Source: a virus (lineage: Duplodnaviria; Heunggongvirae; Uroviricota; Caudoviricetes). From it: 50,375 nucleotides of DNA. The notes beneath the pieces were generated by a model. It was given only the letters and a program-made list of their open reading frames with translations, had not been told where the DNA came from and ran no database searches. Where the stretch lies: IMG/VR virus record IMGVR_UViG_3300012352_000310, positions 64,001-114,375 of that record. One strand, written 5' to 3'. This document shows, one piece after another, positions 40,991 through 50,375 of the stretch; positions within the stretch are counted from its first letter, which is position 1; the number at the start of each line of letters is the position of its first letter. The position numbers and the translations under genes are program-made.

Positions 40991-43900
40991 TTAAGCTTGA
41001 GCTTCTGACCAGTTTAGACGAGCCAAAATAGTGTTTGTTGCGTTAGTCAATGGAATAGCAATAACAGTAATAATATCAGGACCGTCTGGATATTTGTTCA
41101 AGTTAGTTGTCGGGAAGGCCGCAGTTGTTCCCCCACCAAGAATAGAGTTACCTAAGTCTCGTACTTGATCTAAATCCATAGAATTAGTGTCGTTAGCAGT
41201 TGCATAGAACGCGAACATTGATTCACCACCTGTCACGGTTTCAGTACCAGCATGATAACAAATCTGCGACAAACTAGAACCACCAACTTGAACAAATTGT
41301 CCAGCTGAAACTCTTGGGTTTAGTAAGATTTCAATACGGTATGCTGATCCACTTGTGTAAGTACCGATAGAACGTAGAGTCAACTGCATTCTATTGATGA
41401 TTTCACGTGCACCAAGCAAGCCAGTTAAGCCATTATCAACTGTTGGAGCTAAACGCAAACTTAACAATGGAACTCTTGTGTTAATGGCTTTGTTTGTAAT
41501 TGCTGTAGTCATACCAGCATTAAACACTAGAGACTTATCATCATCATAGCGACCATCCATAATAACGCTTGAACCCCAGTGACTTAATGTCTGAGCTGCT
41601 TGTGGAACATATGCTTCAACATAAATTGGAGCTGTTGCAGAATATGTGAATGTCTGAGCAGTAGCAATACCTAAAGATTGTACTCGAGCACCAATTGTAA
41701 ACGTTGTAGCAGTCTTAGCTGTGTAAGTTATATACTCAATAGCTCCACCTTGATGTTGTGGCTGATATATTGCAATAGTGCCTGTAGGTGGGAACAGTGA
41801 AGTATCTGCTACTGTGATAGTACCGCCTGTAGTGGTTGCAGCAGCTAGAGTAACAGTCAGATGTGTCCTTGGAGCAAGAGTATTTGTCTCGTATCTAGCT
41901 GGCAAGTTACCAGAACGCATATACGCTTCGTAGTTAATGTTACTGTTTGTAATGCGATGTGCAACAATAATTTCACCGTTTTGATCTTTAAATCCAAAGC
42001 GAACTGCGCCAGCACCATACCAACTATAATCCATGTAGAACATTTGCATTCTAGTAAGATCTAAGTTGAAACCAGATGGGTTTGTAGTGCCTCCAGCACC
42101 GTTGCATCGATCAATGTTCCAAGAAGATTGAGCAATACGCGTTTCTACAGTCTTTGTAACAACGCAGTTAGAAGACGTAACACCTCTGTACTCTGGATAG
42201 ATGTACATTGTAGTGTCGTTGGTGATGATCTGTACACGATAAGTCATACCACGAATAACGATGTTATCACCAGGTTTTAGCTGCGACGAATAGAACGTTC
42301 CAGTACCAGTTACTAATTGACTGTTAGCAGTTACAACAGATCTACCTGAGATTTGATCTACTGACTTACGCAGAACTGCATACATTGTCTGGCCATCATG
42401 CTCATAGAAGAAACCGTTTTGATTGTCAAACATACCAATGCGGTTAGAGCCACCATACCAAGTTCCAGGGCTTACTGTAATTGGGAAGCCAGTAGCTGGT
42501 GTTGTACCCGGAGCAGAAAGTGCTGTGTATGTAATTGTTAGAGTTGTAGTACCAGTTACAGTGAACGTACCGTTATATGGTGCAGGAGAAGCTCCAGAAA
42601 CAACAACAGTAGATCCTGTCAGTAGACCGTGAGGATACTTAGTAGTCACTGTAACTGTAGTGCCAGAAGAAGTTACTTGATCAACATAAAACGGTGGCTT
42701 TAGAATAGTACCAGTTGAGAACTGGATACCTTTACCAGACTGATAACGGAAATATCTACGTGTTTGTCTAATGTCTTGGTATCCATGATATGCAGTTTCA
42801 TTAGAGAACTGCACACCACCGTCATAAGGTCTATGATCTACATAACCAGGTTGGGCTGGATATAGAGTTGTAGTTGGAGTGTAAGTAATAGCTCCAGTTG
42901 CTGTAGCGTTAGTAGTGTATCTAAATATATTGTTTGTTGGCACCGAAGCAATTTGCCAAGTTCCATTTACAGGACCACCAGTCACACCAGTAGTTCCAGT
43001 CATATAAATTTTATTTCCTGGACGTAAACCGTGATCATTTGAAGTTCTAACTGTGACTGTCGTACCACTTACTGCAATAGAAGTGTTTACTACTGTTATA
43101 CCAGTTGGTGTACCAGCAACAGTTGTCACGGCCGCACCGCCAGGAGTAGCAGAAAGAGTAAAAGATGTTGTTCCGTTAGTCGTAATAATGTAGTAAATTG
43201 TAGGATCTACATATCCAGTAATAGAGCCAGTTCCACCAAACGTACCACTAATTCTAATCATGTCACCTACTGCTAGAGTTGCTGCAGCACATGTAAAAGT
43301 ACCAGCAGTACCACTAATTACGACACTCGTTAGTGTTTGTGCTGAGTCTAATACAATATTAGATCCAGTGAAGAATGTTCCGCCGTAAATATATGTTTTT
43401 GTTGCGTCAAATAATGAAGCTGCTGGAGCAGTGTTTACTAAGAATGTGAAAGACGTAGTGCTAGTTACAGTATCTACAATCCACCAACCATCAACGTTAG
43501 AAGTATCAAGAGTACCAGTAATAAAGATTGGTTGACCTACTACTAGAGAGAAACCAGTTCCAGTTACAGTAACAACTTTAGCAGATGCTGTGATGTTCGT
43601 TATGCCAGTTACTGGAATTGTTACGTCTACGAATGCAGTAGCTCTGTTATTCAATAAGCTTACGCTCTCCCACTTTGTTGGTTGAATACCGTATTCAAAG
43701 TCAGTATCAATCAGAGATTGTGGTGTTGAAACTCTTAGTTTATCAACTGCATCACGCATCACTTCTGATGGACGAATTCTTACTTCATTCTGTGGCGCAA
43801 TTTGAACAACTAGTGATGGGTCTGAAGTTGTTGGTCTAATGCCGGCAGCTTTAACTGCAACAGGGCCGTTTGTGCCGTCACTTAGCTTCATGTACCATGA

Positions 43901-46075
43901 GTTAGCAACTACAGCTGCAGTGCCTTGGTTAACTGCGCCAATAGTATTAGTGCCAGTAGCAAGAGCTGGTAGTGCCGCGATACTAACTGGTTGAGTTGCT
44001 TGCCAGAAAGTTCCAGTAACGGCCGTTGTTGGAGCAGATGTTACTTGAACTGCAAAAGTACCAGCATTAGTTACTGCGTGCGATGGCACAGATGCAATAG
44101 AAACTGGAACAGTGTTATTTGGAGATATTGCAACTACTAATGCTGGATCAGCCGCTGCTGCCGCAGTACTTGCAGCTTTAATCGCTACAGAGTTAGTGCC
44201 ATCACTTAGTCTAGTTAACCAAGGTGTTGTGTTAGCAGTGTTACCTGGTTGAACTGTCCATGTGCCAGATTGCGCAGCGCTAATAGTTTCAAGTGCAGCT
44301 AGAGAAGTAGCACCAATTTCAACAGTACCAATAGCCGCAGAACCAGCAGATAGACCAACAGTCCATGTACCAGATTGAGTAGAAGCGAATGTCGTGTTAG
44401 TGATTGAACCAATAGCATTTGTACCAGCTGGTAGTGCTGCATCGATAGTTGCCGAGGTCCATAGTCTACCCTGAGATGTAACTCTTAGTTGGGTATAATC
44501 ACCATCTACTGGTGTTAATGTAGCTAATGCATCGTCTCTTACTGCAAGAGCCATAACACCAGTGTCTGTAGCACCAGCTACGCTGTCAACGGCTTTACCT
44601 AAGTTGGTTGCTGCAGTTCCAGGGACAATTGATAGTACATCAACGTCACCAATATCTACACCAGAGTTAGCAGCCAATTTACCAATCGCATTGGTACCAG
44701 CTGGAAGAGCATTAGTAATACCTGTTAGTGTAGTAACAGTGCCGATGTTCCAAGTACCAGATTGAGTAGCTGCAACTGTGCCATCGACAGTAATTGAGTT
44801 TCCACCGTCTTGAATAGCTAGGTGACCAGAAGCGTTTGTGGAAAGCGCTCTTAAGTTTGTTCCATCCCATCCACCGACTTGTGCAGTAGCTGGAGGACGA
44901 TTGGCTGTATTATTTGATGCAGCAAAGAATACTGAACTGTCTGCAGTATTAGTAGCAGATAAGTTAATTGTTACAGATCCAGAAGTCCAAGAAGTTGCTT
45001 GTACTTTGACATGAGTAGCACCACCTGCTAACATCACTGTTCGCATTGCACCTGCGACCAATTCAGCATTGGTCATAGTAGACGTTTTATCACCGGCAGG
45101 ATTGTCAAAAGTAACTGCTATGTAGTTTGTGCCACCATCAAAAGATACGTATGGTGTAAGAACCATGCCAACTGGTGTTGATATAGCAGTTACAGTTAAA
45201 CCTACCGATGTTGCTCCGCCAAGTGCAATAACCATGTTAGCATTAAGAGCACCTAGTGCAGTAGCAGTACCAATTTTAGCGTAACTGTCTGTGATCAGTG
45301 CACCTGATCTATTAACCCATAGTCGTGCAGCATCGCCATCTGCAGAAACTGCAGTAGGAGTAGCAGAACTGGCATAACCAGAAAGCATTACTGCAGTAGT
45401 ACCAGCAGCGCCGTCATGTACATCATCAGCTGCTAAATTGATAACATCATCGGTTGCAATAGTCACGCGCTGAGTACCACCAGCGCGTACGCCACTACCC
45501 ATAGAGATAGCTTGACCACCAAGTTGCGCTAAGTTAGTTACGGTGCTAACAGTTGTTACAGTGCCAAGAGTTTGAGATGCAGCAATTTCAACTGCACCAA
45601 TTGTAACACCAGTATTAGCTGTCAATTTACCGATTGCATTGGTACCAGCAGGAAGTGGACTGTTTGGTGATAGACCAACGACTAGTGATGGGTCAGCAGC
45701 TAGAGCTGCAGTAGAAGCAGCCTTGATAGATGGACTATTTGTACCGTCTGATAGTTGAGTGTACCAACGAGTTGCAGCAGTGCCTAAAGACTGTACAACG
45801 GTGATTGTTTCGAGTGCAGTTAGAGAAACTGTGCCAAGATCTACTGTACCAGGAACTGTAACGCTAATGTTTTCTAGAGCAGCTAGAGAAGTAGCTCCAA
45901 GTTCTACTGTACCGATTGCAGCAGAACCAGTCACTAATTGTACTGGAACTGTAGGCTGGTTAGAAGCTAAAACTACACGCTGCGTGCCAGCAGAAGCGTT
46001 GCCTGTATTGGTGTCTACTGCTGTGCCACCAACCTTTTTTAAGTCTGTTGTTGGATTAGATGAACCCTGTGCCAT
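40991..46075 (-). CDS. very large Thr/Ala/Gly-rich virion structural protein (fibre/whisker-like, 1694 aa)
   Basis: Repeat-rich N-terminal ~770 aa; several T(V)T..HGL..G beta modules; directly upstream of 13, where T4 has wac. Confidence 0.7.
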   Translation of the reverse strand: MAQGSSNPTTDLKKVGGTAVDTNTGNASAGTQRVVLASNQPTVPVQLVTGSAAIGTVELGATSLAALENISVTVPGTVDLGTVSLTALETITVVQSLGTAATRWYTQLSDGTNSPSIKAASTAALAADPSLVVGLSPNSPLPAGTNAIGKLTANTGVTIGAVEIAASQTLGTVTTVSTVTNLAQLGGQAISMGSGVRAGGTQRVTIATDDVINLAADDVHDGAAGTTAVMLSGYASSATPTAVSADGDAARLWVNRSGALITDSYAKIGTATALGALNANMVIALGGATSVGLTVTAISTPVGMVLTPYVSFDGGTNYIAVTFDNPAGDKTSTMTNAELVAGAMRTVMLAGGATHVKVQATSWTSGSVTINLSATNTADSSVFFAASNNTANRPPATAQVGGWDGTNLRALSTNASGHLAIQDGGNSITVDGTVAATQSGTWNIGTVTTLTGITNALPAGTNAIGKLAANSGVDIGDVDVLSIVPGTAATNLGKAVDSVAGATDTGVMALAVRDDALATLTPVDGDYTQLRVTSQGRLWTSATIDAALPAGTNAIGSITNTTFASTQSGTWTVGLSAGSAAIGTVEIGATSLAALETISAAQSGTWTVQPGNTANTTPWLTRLSDGTNSVAIKAASTAAAAADPALVVAISPNNTVPVSIASVPSHAVTNAGTFAVQVTSAPTTAVTGTFWQATQPVSIAALPALATGTNTIGAVNQGTAAVVANSWYMKLSDGTNGPVAVKAAGIRPTTSDPSLVVQIAPQNEVRIRPSEVMRDAVDKLRVSTPQSLIDTDFEYGIQPTKWESVSLLNNRATAFVDVTIPVTGITNITASAKVVTVTGTGFSLVVGQPIFITGTLDTSNVDGWWIVDTVTSTTSFTFLVNTAPAASLFDATKTYIYGGTFFTGSNIVLDSAQTLTSVVISGTAGTFTCAAATLAVGDMIRISGTFGGTGSITGYVDPTIYYIITTNGTTSFTLSATPGGAAVTTVAGTPTGITVVNTSIAVSGTTVTVRTSNDHGLRPGNKIYMTGTTGVTGGPVNGTWQIASVPTNNIFRYTTNATATGAITYTPTTTLYPAQPGYVDHRPYDGGVQFSNETAYHGYQDIRQTRRYFRYQSGKGIQFSTGTILKPPFYVDQVTSSGTTVTVTTKYPHGLLTGSTVVVSGASPAPYNGTFTVTGTTTLTITYTALSAPGTTPATGFPITVSPGTWYGGSNRIGMFDNQNGFFYEHDGQTMYAVLRKSVDQISGRSVVTANSQLVTGTGTFYSSQLKPGDNIVIRGMTYRVQIITNDTTMYIYPEYRGVTSSNCVVTKTVETRIAQSSWNIDRCNGAGGTTNPSGFNLDLTRMQMFYMDYSWYGAGAVRFGFKDQNGEIIVAHRITNSNINYEAYMRSGNLPARYETNTLAPRTHLTVTLAAATTTGGTITVADTSLFPPTGTIAIYQPQHQGGAIEYITYTAKTATTFTIGARVQSLGIATAQTFTYSATAPIYVEAYVPQAAQTLSHWGSSVIMDGRYDDDKSLVFNAGMTTAITNKAINTRVPLLSLRLAPTVDNGLTGLLGAREIINRMQLTLRSIGTYTSGSAYRIEILLNPRVSAGQFVQVGGSSLSQICYHAGTETVTGGESMFAFYATANDTNSMDLDQVRDLGNSILGGGTTAAFPTTNLNKYPDGPDIITVIAIPLTNATNTILARLNWSEAQA

Positions 46076-46076
46076 A

Positions 46077-46406
46077 TTAGCTTACCTCAATTCCGAATAC
46101 GTTTATGCTTAAGTTTGCGTTGCTAGCATATGCTCTGATCCTATCAGCAGCAGCTAGTGTCATGCCTATAGTCGCTGAATATGTCGAATATGCATCTAAT
46201 GACTGATCATAGAAAATGTACTGCGCAGCAGTATCTGCTGCTCCATTAACAGCAACTGAAATTCTAAATGTTGCCGCAGTTGCTCCTCTATTACACACAG
46301 TCAATGTGCTAACAGTAGTAGAAGTTAGTGACGGTGTTGTGTATACATCAGTCAGAGTTGTTGCTGCAGGAGCGCTTTGCGCTAATACTTTTAATGTTTC
46401 TGCCAT
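46077..46406 (-). CDS. small beta-rich virion/fibre-associated protein
   Basis: KVLAQSAPAATTLTDVYT...VCNRG...INVFGIEV. Confidence 0.65.
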   Translation of the reverse strand: MAETLKVLAQSAPAATTLTDVYTTPSLTSTTVSTLTVCNRGATAATFRISVAVNGAADTAAQYIFYDQSLDAYSTYSATIGMTLAAADRIRAYASNANLSINVFGIEVS

Positions 46407-46410
46407 ATAA

Positions 46411-46836
46411 TTAAGCTCCCATCATTAAGAATGGTTTTACAAATGTAGTTATCGATGATCCACCAATCTTAAATCCAGATGCATCTACAGTTCCATTTAC
46501 TTGAAGTTTGTCTACACCGTTATCTACAGATTTTCCAAGTAGAACATTGCCACCATACTGAGCTAACTTAATCAATCCAGAGTCTTGAATTTCTAAACTT
46601 GGTAGACCTGAAACGTCGTTGACTGAGAAAAGAGTTCCAGTAAGACTATTTGAGATTGAGAATAGTTGGCCAACAGAACCTTCAAATGAGAGCATACCGT
46701 TGTTAGTCGGATATACTCTCAATGTGATATTCTGAGCTGCGGTACTAGCGTCTGCACCAGAGAATATGATCTTTGGATCGTCTCCTGCAGCGCCAATATT
46801 TGGCGTAATTACAATGTTCTTATCTGAATGTGCCAT
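46411..46836 (-). CDS. fibre-associated protein
   Basis: DKNIVITPN...LSFEGSVGQLFSI...LFSVNDVSGLPSLE; fibre-like KLQVNG motif. Confidence 0.65.
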   Translation of the reverse strand: MAHSDKNIVITPNIGAAGDDPKIIFSGADASTAAQNITLRVYPTNNGMLSFEGSVGQLFSISNSLTGTLFSVNDVSGLPSLEIQDSGLIKLAQYGGNVLLGKSVDNGVDKLQVNGTVDASGFKIGGSSITTFVKPFLMMGA

Positions 46837-46838
46837 TG

Positions 46839-47075
46839 TTAGATTTTATTGTAGTTTGTGAAATACTCGTGTTGAGACAACTTGTCATACACATTTCTTT
46901 CTGTGACAGGAGATGATAATTCAAATTCCTTGTCCCATAGCATATTTATGCTGCTTTGATCTGAATAGAATGTTACTTTAACAAATACATCTTCTATAGA
47001 GCTTACTACAGCAAACACTTCAGCAGCTTGTACTGCTGAGTTTGGAATGTTAAAATCTGCTTTCCAGTATAACAT
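46839..47075 (-). CDS. hypothetical protein (78 aa)
   Basis: Clean ORF with an AGGA SD in the structural operon. Confidence 0.65.
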   Translation of the reverse strand: MLYWKADFNIPNSAVQAAEVFAVVSSIEDVFVKVTFYSDQSSINMLWDKEFELSSPVTERNVYDKLSQHEYFTNYNKI

Positions 47076-47084
47076 AGTTTCCTC

Positions 47085-48422
47085 TTAAGTAGTTCTAGCA
47101 GCAAAAGCAATCGCGGCGTTGTATGATGGAGCGTTCTTGTTATTTCCGTACTGCAACACTTTATAGACTTCGCCAGCGCTGATTGTGATAGTATCTTGAT
47201 ACGAAATATTGTTTGAGCCTGGAAGTTCTACTATAGCAAAATCACTTGGAATATAGTATGGAACTGGAGACATTACCGAACAAATTGGAATACTCTTGAT
47301 AACTGGAACGTATCTTAAAGAATCATGCGCGCCGTCATAAGCTGTTCTGTTGTAGATAGCTCCGTACTGATGAGTTGTGCCAGTGCCGTTAAATCTTTTG
47401 CCGAATGTAGATTCGTAGTAGCCAATAATTGGACGGTTGTTAGCGTAAGTAGTGCCTGGACTTCCAGAGTAAGCCCATTCTCCTTGGCGTTTGCCAATTG
47501 GTGCTATAGCTATAGAAGTGAATATAATAGAATCATACGTGTTGGTAATATCAAGCTTACCAATTTCGTATATACCTCCAGTATAGCAATCTTCAAGACT
47601 CCAAGGTTGTGTTGCAGATTCGTACTTGGATAAGAAGAATGGTGGACGATAGATAATGCCGTGAGCAGTTTCTTCTTGAAACTGGAATACTACAAAGTTA
47701 GCATCAACACCGGACTGATATGTCTTTAGAGTTAAAGCATTTGCGTTAGTAGTTGCAATTACTTGAGAATAATGCTGTTGAGATGTAGTGTTTGGTGCGC
47801 CAGTAGAGAACCAATCTAAACCTGCAACTCCATTCGCAGAGTTTGTTGAAGGATTGAAACTTCTACAAGACCTAATGTAGAGTGTAGCTTGGAAATATGA
47901 AGTAGAAGGAATATGGAACGAATAATACGTTTGTCCCATCTTCTTTGCTGTGTTTTGATTAACACAAGCTACGCCCCATGTATATGGTGTTGCAGTATCT
48001 TGTGTGTAGTACGCAGAAGCAGAGCCTCTAGATGTCGAGTCAACTGTACTTACTGTAATCACAACGTTGTCGGTTGTCACGACACCACCAATATCAGCAC
48101 CAGAAATAGTAATTGTGTTTGATGCAGCGTAACCTGTTCCACCATGAACTAGTGTAACTGTAGATATTGTGCCTGCGCTATTTCGCAAAATATCAAACAC
48201 TGCACCAGTTCCAGTGCCGCTAGTTGATGTCTGCTTGACTAGGTATCTCTTACCTTTTTGTGCTGCAAGCGTAGTGCCTGCTGCGTTAGTAAAAGTTAAT
48301 ACTGTGCCTGTCTGAGCTGCTGCCATATAGCTAACTTGACTCAAAGCTGTTTCTATAGTATCAAGGACGTCTGCTGACGTCCAATACGCTGCAATATTGT
48401 ATGTTCTTACTGTAACTGCCAC
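47085..48422 (-). CDS. putative virion structural protein (445 aa)
   Basis: Thr-rich; contains a GGTGY beta module; late promoter upstream. Confidence 0.7.
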   Translation of the reverse strand: MAVTVRTYNIAAYWTSADVLDTIETALSQVSYMAAAQTGTVLTFTNAAGTTLAAQKGKRYLVKQTSTSGTGTGAVFDILRNSAGTISTVTLVHGGTGYAASNTITISGADIGGVVTTDNVVITVSTVDSTSRGSASAYYTQDTATPYTWGVACVNQNTAKKMGQTYYSFHIPSTSYFQATLYIRSCRSFNPSTNSANGVAGLDWFSTGAPNTTSQQHYSQVIATTNANALTLKTYQSGVDANFVVFQFQEETAHGIIYRPPFFLSKYESATQPWSLEDCYTGGIYEIGKLDITNTYDSIIFTSIAIAPIGKRQGEWAYSGSPGTTYANNRPIIGYYESTFGKRFNGTGTTHQYGAIYNRTAYDGAHDSLRYVPVIKSIPICSVMSPVPYYIPSDFAIVELPGSNNISYQDTITISAGEVYKVLQYGNNKNAPSYNAAIAFAARTT

Positions 48423-48446
48423 GTTATGATCTCCTTAATTATCTCT

Positions 48447-48454
48447 TATTTATA
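48447..48454 (-). promoter_or_regulatory. late promoter TATAAATA
   Basis: Exact consensus overlapping the upstream stop codon. Confidence 0.7.
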
Positions 48455-49535
48455 AAGAGTACTTGCCTCTAATAGAATGGAACAAGTCTTGAACTTCGTC
48501 TCTATTTAGAGCTCTATCAAATATTGCTATCATTCTGAATGCTGTTGTTGGACCTCCAGATACACCGTTACCAAATTTGAGTGATGTACCTGGAAAGAAT
48601 AAAATCGAGTCTGGTTCTTGACTATAGAAATTTCTAGAATAGTCGATACGTCCATTCAAGTTATTTACGTATGAATCTATATACCATAGATTGCCGGATG
48701 AAGTTCTGTCTAGAGTTAGACAATAGAACTGAGTTGAAGTTGTGTTTGCTGGCATGTCAACAGAAGATTTAGCTCTAGATATGTCTAGATCAAAGTTGAC
48801 GAAGTTAGGTAGATCTCTATTGATAGTAGAGTTAAGCGTTATGGAAATTCCATTCTTATAGTATCTACCGTGATCATATGAATAACTGCAGGTGTAGTTA
48901 TTGGCAGTAACGTTCTTAGTTACACCAGTTGTCGCAGTCATATTTGTAGTTTCTTCAGTAACCGATATACCTAAAGAATAATTATTTGCGGTGACGTTCT
49001 TAGTTACACCAGTTGTCGCAGTCATGTTTGTAGTTTCTTCAACTACTGATACTGTCAATGTGTAGTTATTAGCAGTAACGTTCTTGGTTACATCAGATGT
49101 TGCAGTCATGTTTGTAGTTTCTTCAACTACTGATACGGTTGAAACATAATCGTTCTGGCTTATCTCTTTTGTTAGAAAAGAGTCTACTGCTGGAGCATCA
49201 ATCTCGCCTCTCATCTGAGTATACGGTGCATCGCTTAAAGAAAACAGATCACCAGTTTTGTTATCAGTCGCATTTGCTACTGCTACAACGGTAAGTTTTC
49301 CACTTTCAATAATATCTAACAATGCGCCACTTGAATTAAACGTAGAAGTGCCTGCTAAATTTATAGCACCATTAGAATACGTTAAGCCAGAAACGTCTGC
49401 TGCTACTAAGTCGTTATTCTTAGCACTAAGATCGTTCCATGTAGAACCTGATCCAGAATAACTTCTAGTATCGTTAGATATGTAATATCCAACTAAATTT
49501 TTCCATACGGAACGTGGGCCGACTACTGCTGTCAT
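48450..49535 (-). CDS. LamG/ConA-like lectin-fold structural protein with an internal triple repeat
   Basis: SYSGSGSTWNDLS N-terminus and AIFDRALNRDEVQDLFHSIRGKYSL C-terminus resemble the adjacent LamG-like ORF. Confidence 0.7.
   Translation of the reverse strand: MTAVVGPRSVWKNLVGYYISNDTRSYSGSGSTWNDLSAKNNDLVAADVSGLTYSNGAINLAGTSTFNSSGALLDIIESGKLTVVAVANATDNKTGDLFSLSDAPYTQMRGEIDAPAVDSFLTKEISQNDYVSTVSVVEETTNMTATSDVTKNVTANNYTLTVSVVEETTNMTATTGVTKNVTANNYSLGISVTEETTNMTATTGVTKNVTANNYTCSYSYDHGRYYKNGISITLNSTINRDLPNFVNFDLDISRAKSSVDMPANTTSTQFYCLTLDRTSSGNLWYIDSYVNNLNGRIDYSRNFYSQEPDSILFFPGTSLKFGNGVSGGPTTAFRMIAIFDRALNRDEVQDLFHSIRGKYSL
48893..49144. repeat. 84-bp (28-aa) tandem coding repeat x3
   Basis: gttctt(a/g)gttaca at 48912, 48996 and 49080; unit TVSVVEETTNMTATTGVTKNVTANNYTL. 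Confidence 0.92.
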
Positions 49536-50239
49536 ATTCCGAATCTCCCTCTTAATGCATTGAAGTTCTGAACTATTTCATTATCAGTCATTGCAGAATT
49601 GTAGAATTTGACATTATAATATTTTCCTCTCCAGCATTGTGCTGCGCTGAATAAAGGATTTGCAGCTGAGTTAGCGTCTGGTTCCTGTCCACATATAATT
49701 CCAAGTTCGTTGGTGACACTTATTGTCGGTGATGCTGAGAAACTGTTAACTTGAACGCCGTTTTTATAAATCTTAGTTGAACTGGCTTGACATGTGATCA
49801 CTAATTGAAATGGTTCACCATCAGTTATAGTGAAGGGGCTAAGAACTTGTATATCTGGATAGTTGTTATATTCGAGCTGATTACTTACATTCGTATATGT
49901 AGTCATGAAATTATTTGATGGAATAGCGCCACCCGAAAATATTGTGTCAATACTTCCTGTGTTTGCTGCATAACGCTCTATCCAGAATTCAACAGACCAA
50001 GTTGTTCTCAAATGCATCGATGCTGCTGGTATTGTGAAATAATTTGTTATCTGCTGAGTAGTTCCTAAGTCAACAGCTGACCCAGAAAACGTAGCATTAC
50101 CATACAAGGTCGCATGATGACCATTGCCACTAATGTCATACCAAGTAGTTCCAGTAGATGGATTTGATTTAATGTTTGCAGCATCTAAACATAGCACTAA
50201 ACCGTCAGTTATAATCGAAGGAGAATGTGTAAGACTCAT
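49532..50239 (-). CDS. LamG/ConA-like lectin-domain virion protein
   Basis: DGLVLCLDAAN...TWYDISGNG, TWSVEFWI, KIYKNG and FYNSAMTDNEIVQNFNALRGRFGI. Confidence 0.85.
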   Translation of the reverse strand: MSLTHSPSIITDGLVLCLDAANIKSNPSTGTTWYDISGNGHHATLYGNATFSGSAVDLGTTQQITNYFTIPAASMHLRTTWSVEFWIERYAANTGSIDTIFSGGAIPSNNFMTTYTNVSNQLEYNNYPDIQVLSPFTITDGEPFQLVITCQASSTKIYKNGVQVNSFSASPTISVTNELGIICGQEPDANSAANPLFSAAQCWRGKYYNVKFYNSAMTDNEIVQNFNALRGRFGI

Positions 50240-50375
50240 ACGTATCTACCTCTAGTTGCAACATAGTTTTGCATAACTTCAGCTTCTGTCAATTCACGGT
50301 CGTAGACTGAAAGTAGTCCAATGTTTCCGTTATAGAAGAAACTAAGGTTTGCTCTACAACCAATAATCCAAGAAC
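50236..50375 (-). CDS. C-terminal fragment of another LamG-like protein (truncated by the right window edge)
   Basis: ...FYNGNIGLLSVYDRELTEAEVMQNYVATRGRYV*; ATGA overlap with the next gene. Confidence 0.75.
   Translation of the reverse strand, partial: SWIIGCRANLSFFYNGNIGLLSVYDRELTEAEVMQNYVATRGRYV

Noticed and set aside
39040-49144. Tandem repeats considered as CRISPR arrays or DGR template/variable repeats
   Set aside because: Units are in-frame multiples of 3 with no unique spacers. Differences are not adenine-specific, and there is no reverse transcriptase or cas gene in the window.
1128-49461. Remaining 60-140 aa ORFs overlapping or antisense to recognised genes
   Set aside because: They are nested in well-supported genes and lack SDs or family motifs; treated as six-frame noise.
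1-50375. Stop-codon reassignment
   Set aside because: Core genes are full length in the standard code, and TAA, TGA and TAG all terminate genes.

Overview
This window is a segment of a large lytic T4-like myovirus genome. Almost all genes lie on the minus strand. Read 5'->3' on that strand (right to left in window coordinates), it carries: (i) fibre/neck-associated structural genes (LamG-like proteins, a 1694-aa repeat-rich protein, gp13, gp14, a gp9/10-like repeat protein, gp15); (ii) packaging, tail and head genes (gp17, an enlarged gp18, gp19, gp20, two gp67-like core proteins, gp21, gp22, gp23, gp3); (iii) recombination and late-transcription genes (uvsY, uvsW, gp55, gp47, gp46); (iv) an accessory early block (lipoprotein, vWA-peptidase, MoxR/CobS-like AAA+) driven by repeated sigma70-like promoters TGTACA-N17-TATAAT; (v) the replication block (gp45, gp44, gp62, regA, hsp20, GNAT, gp43, 2OG-Fe(II) oxygenase, thioredoxin, uvsX, gp40, gp41, NTP pyrophosphatase). 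It ends in an AEP-type primase-like ORF that runs off the left edge and is missing from the ORF track. The Hsp20 and GNAT resemble betaproteobacterial proteins, suggesting such a host (inference only). I found no tRNA, CRISPR array, integrase, intron or intein. The most unusual signal is a ~240-nt multi-hairpin non-coding element between a regA-linked ORF and hsp20. It has repeated UUAG/CGUAA loops, three AGGCGU motifs, a ROSE-like thermometer, and a loop that is complementary over 11 nt to the major capsid gene leader. Also notable: two antisense promoters sharing a 15-nt sequence, promoters embedded in terminator hairpins, a possible pseudoknot, and no gp16 at its usual position. All family assignments come from motif recognition and gene order; no database searches were run.
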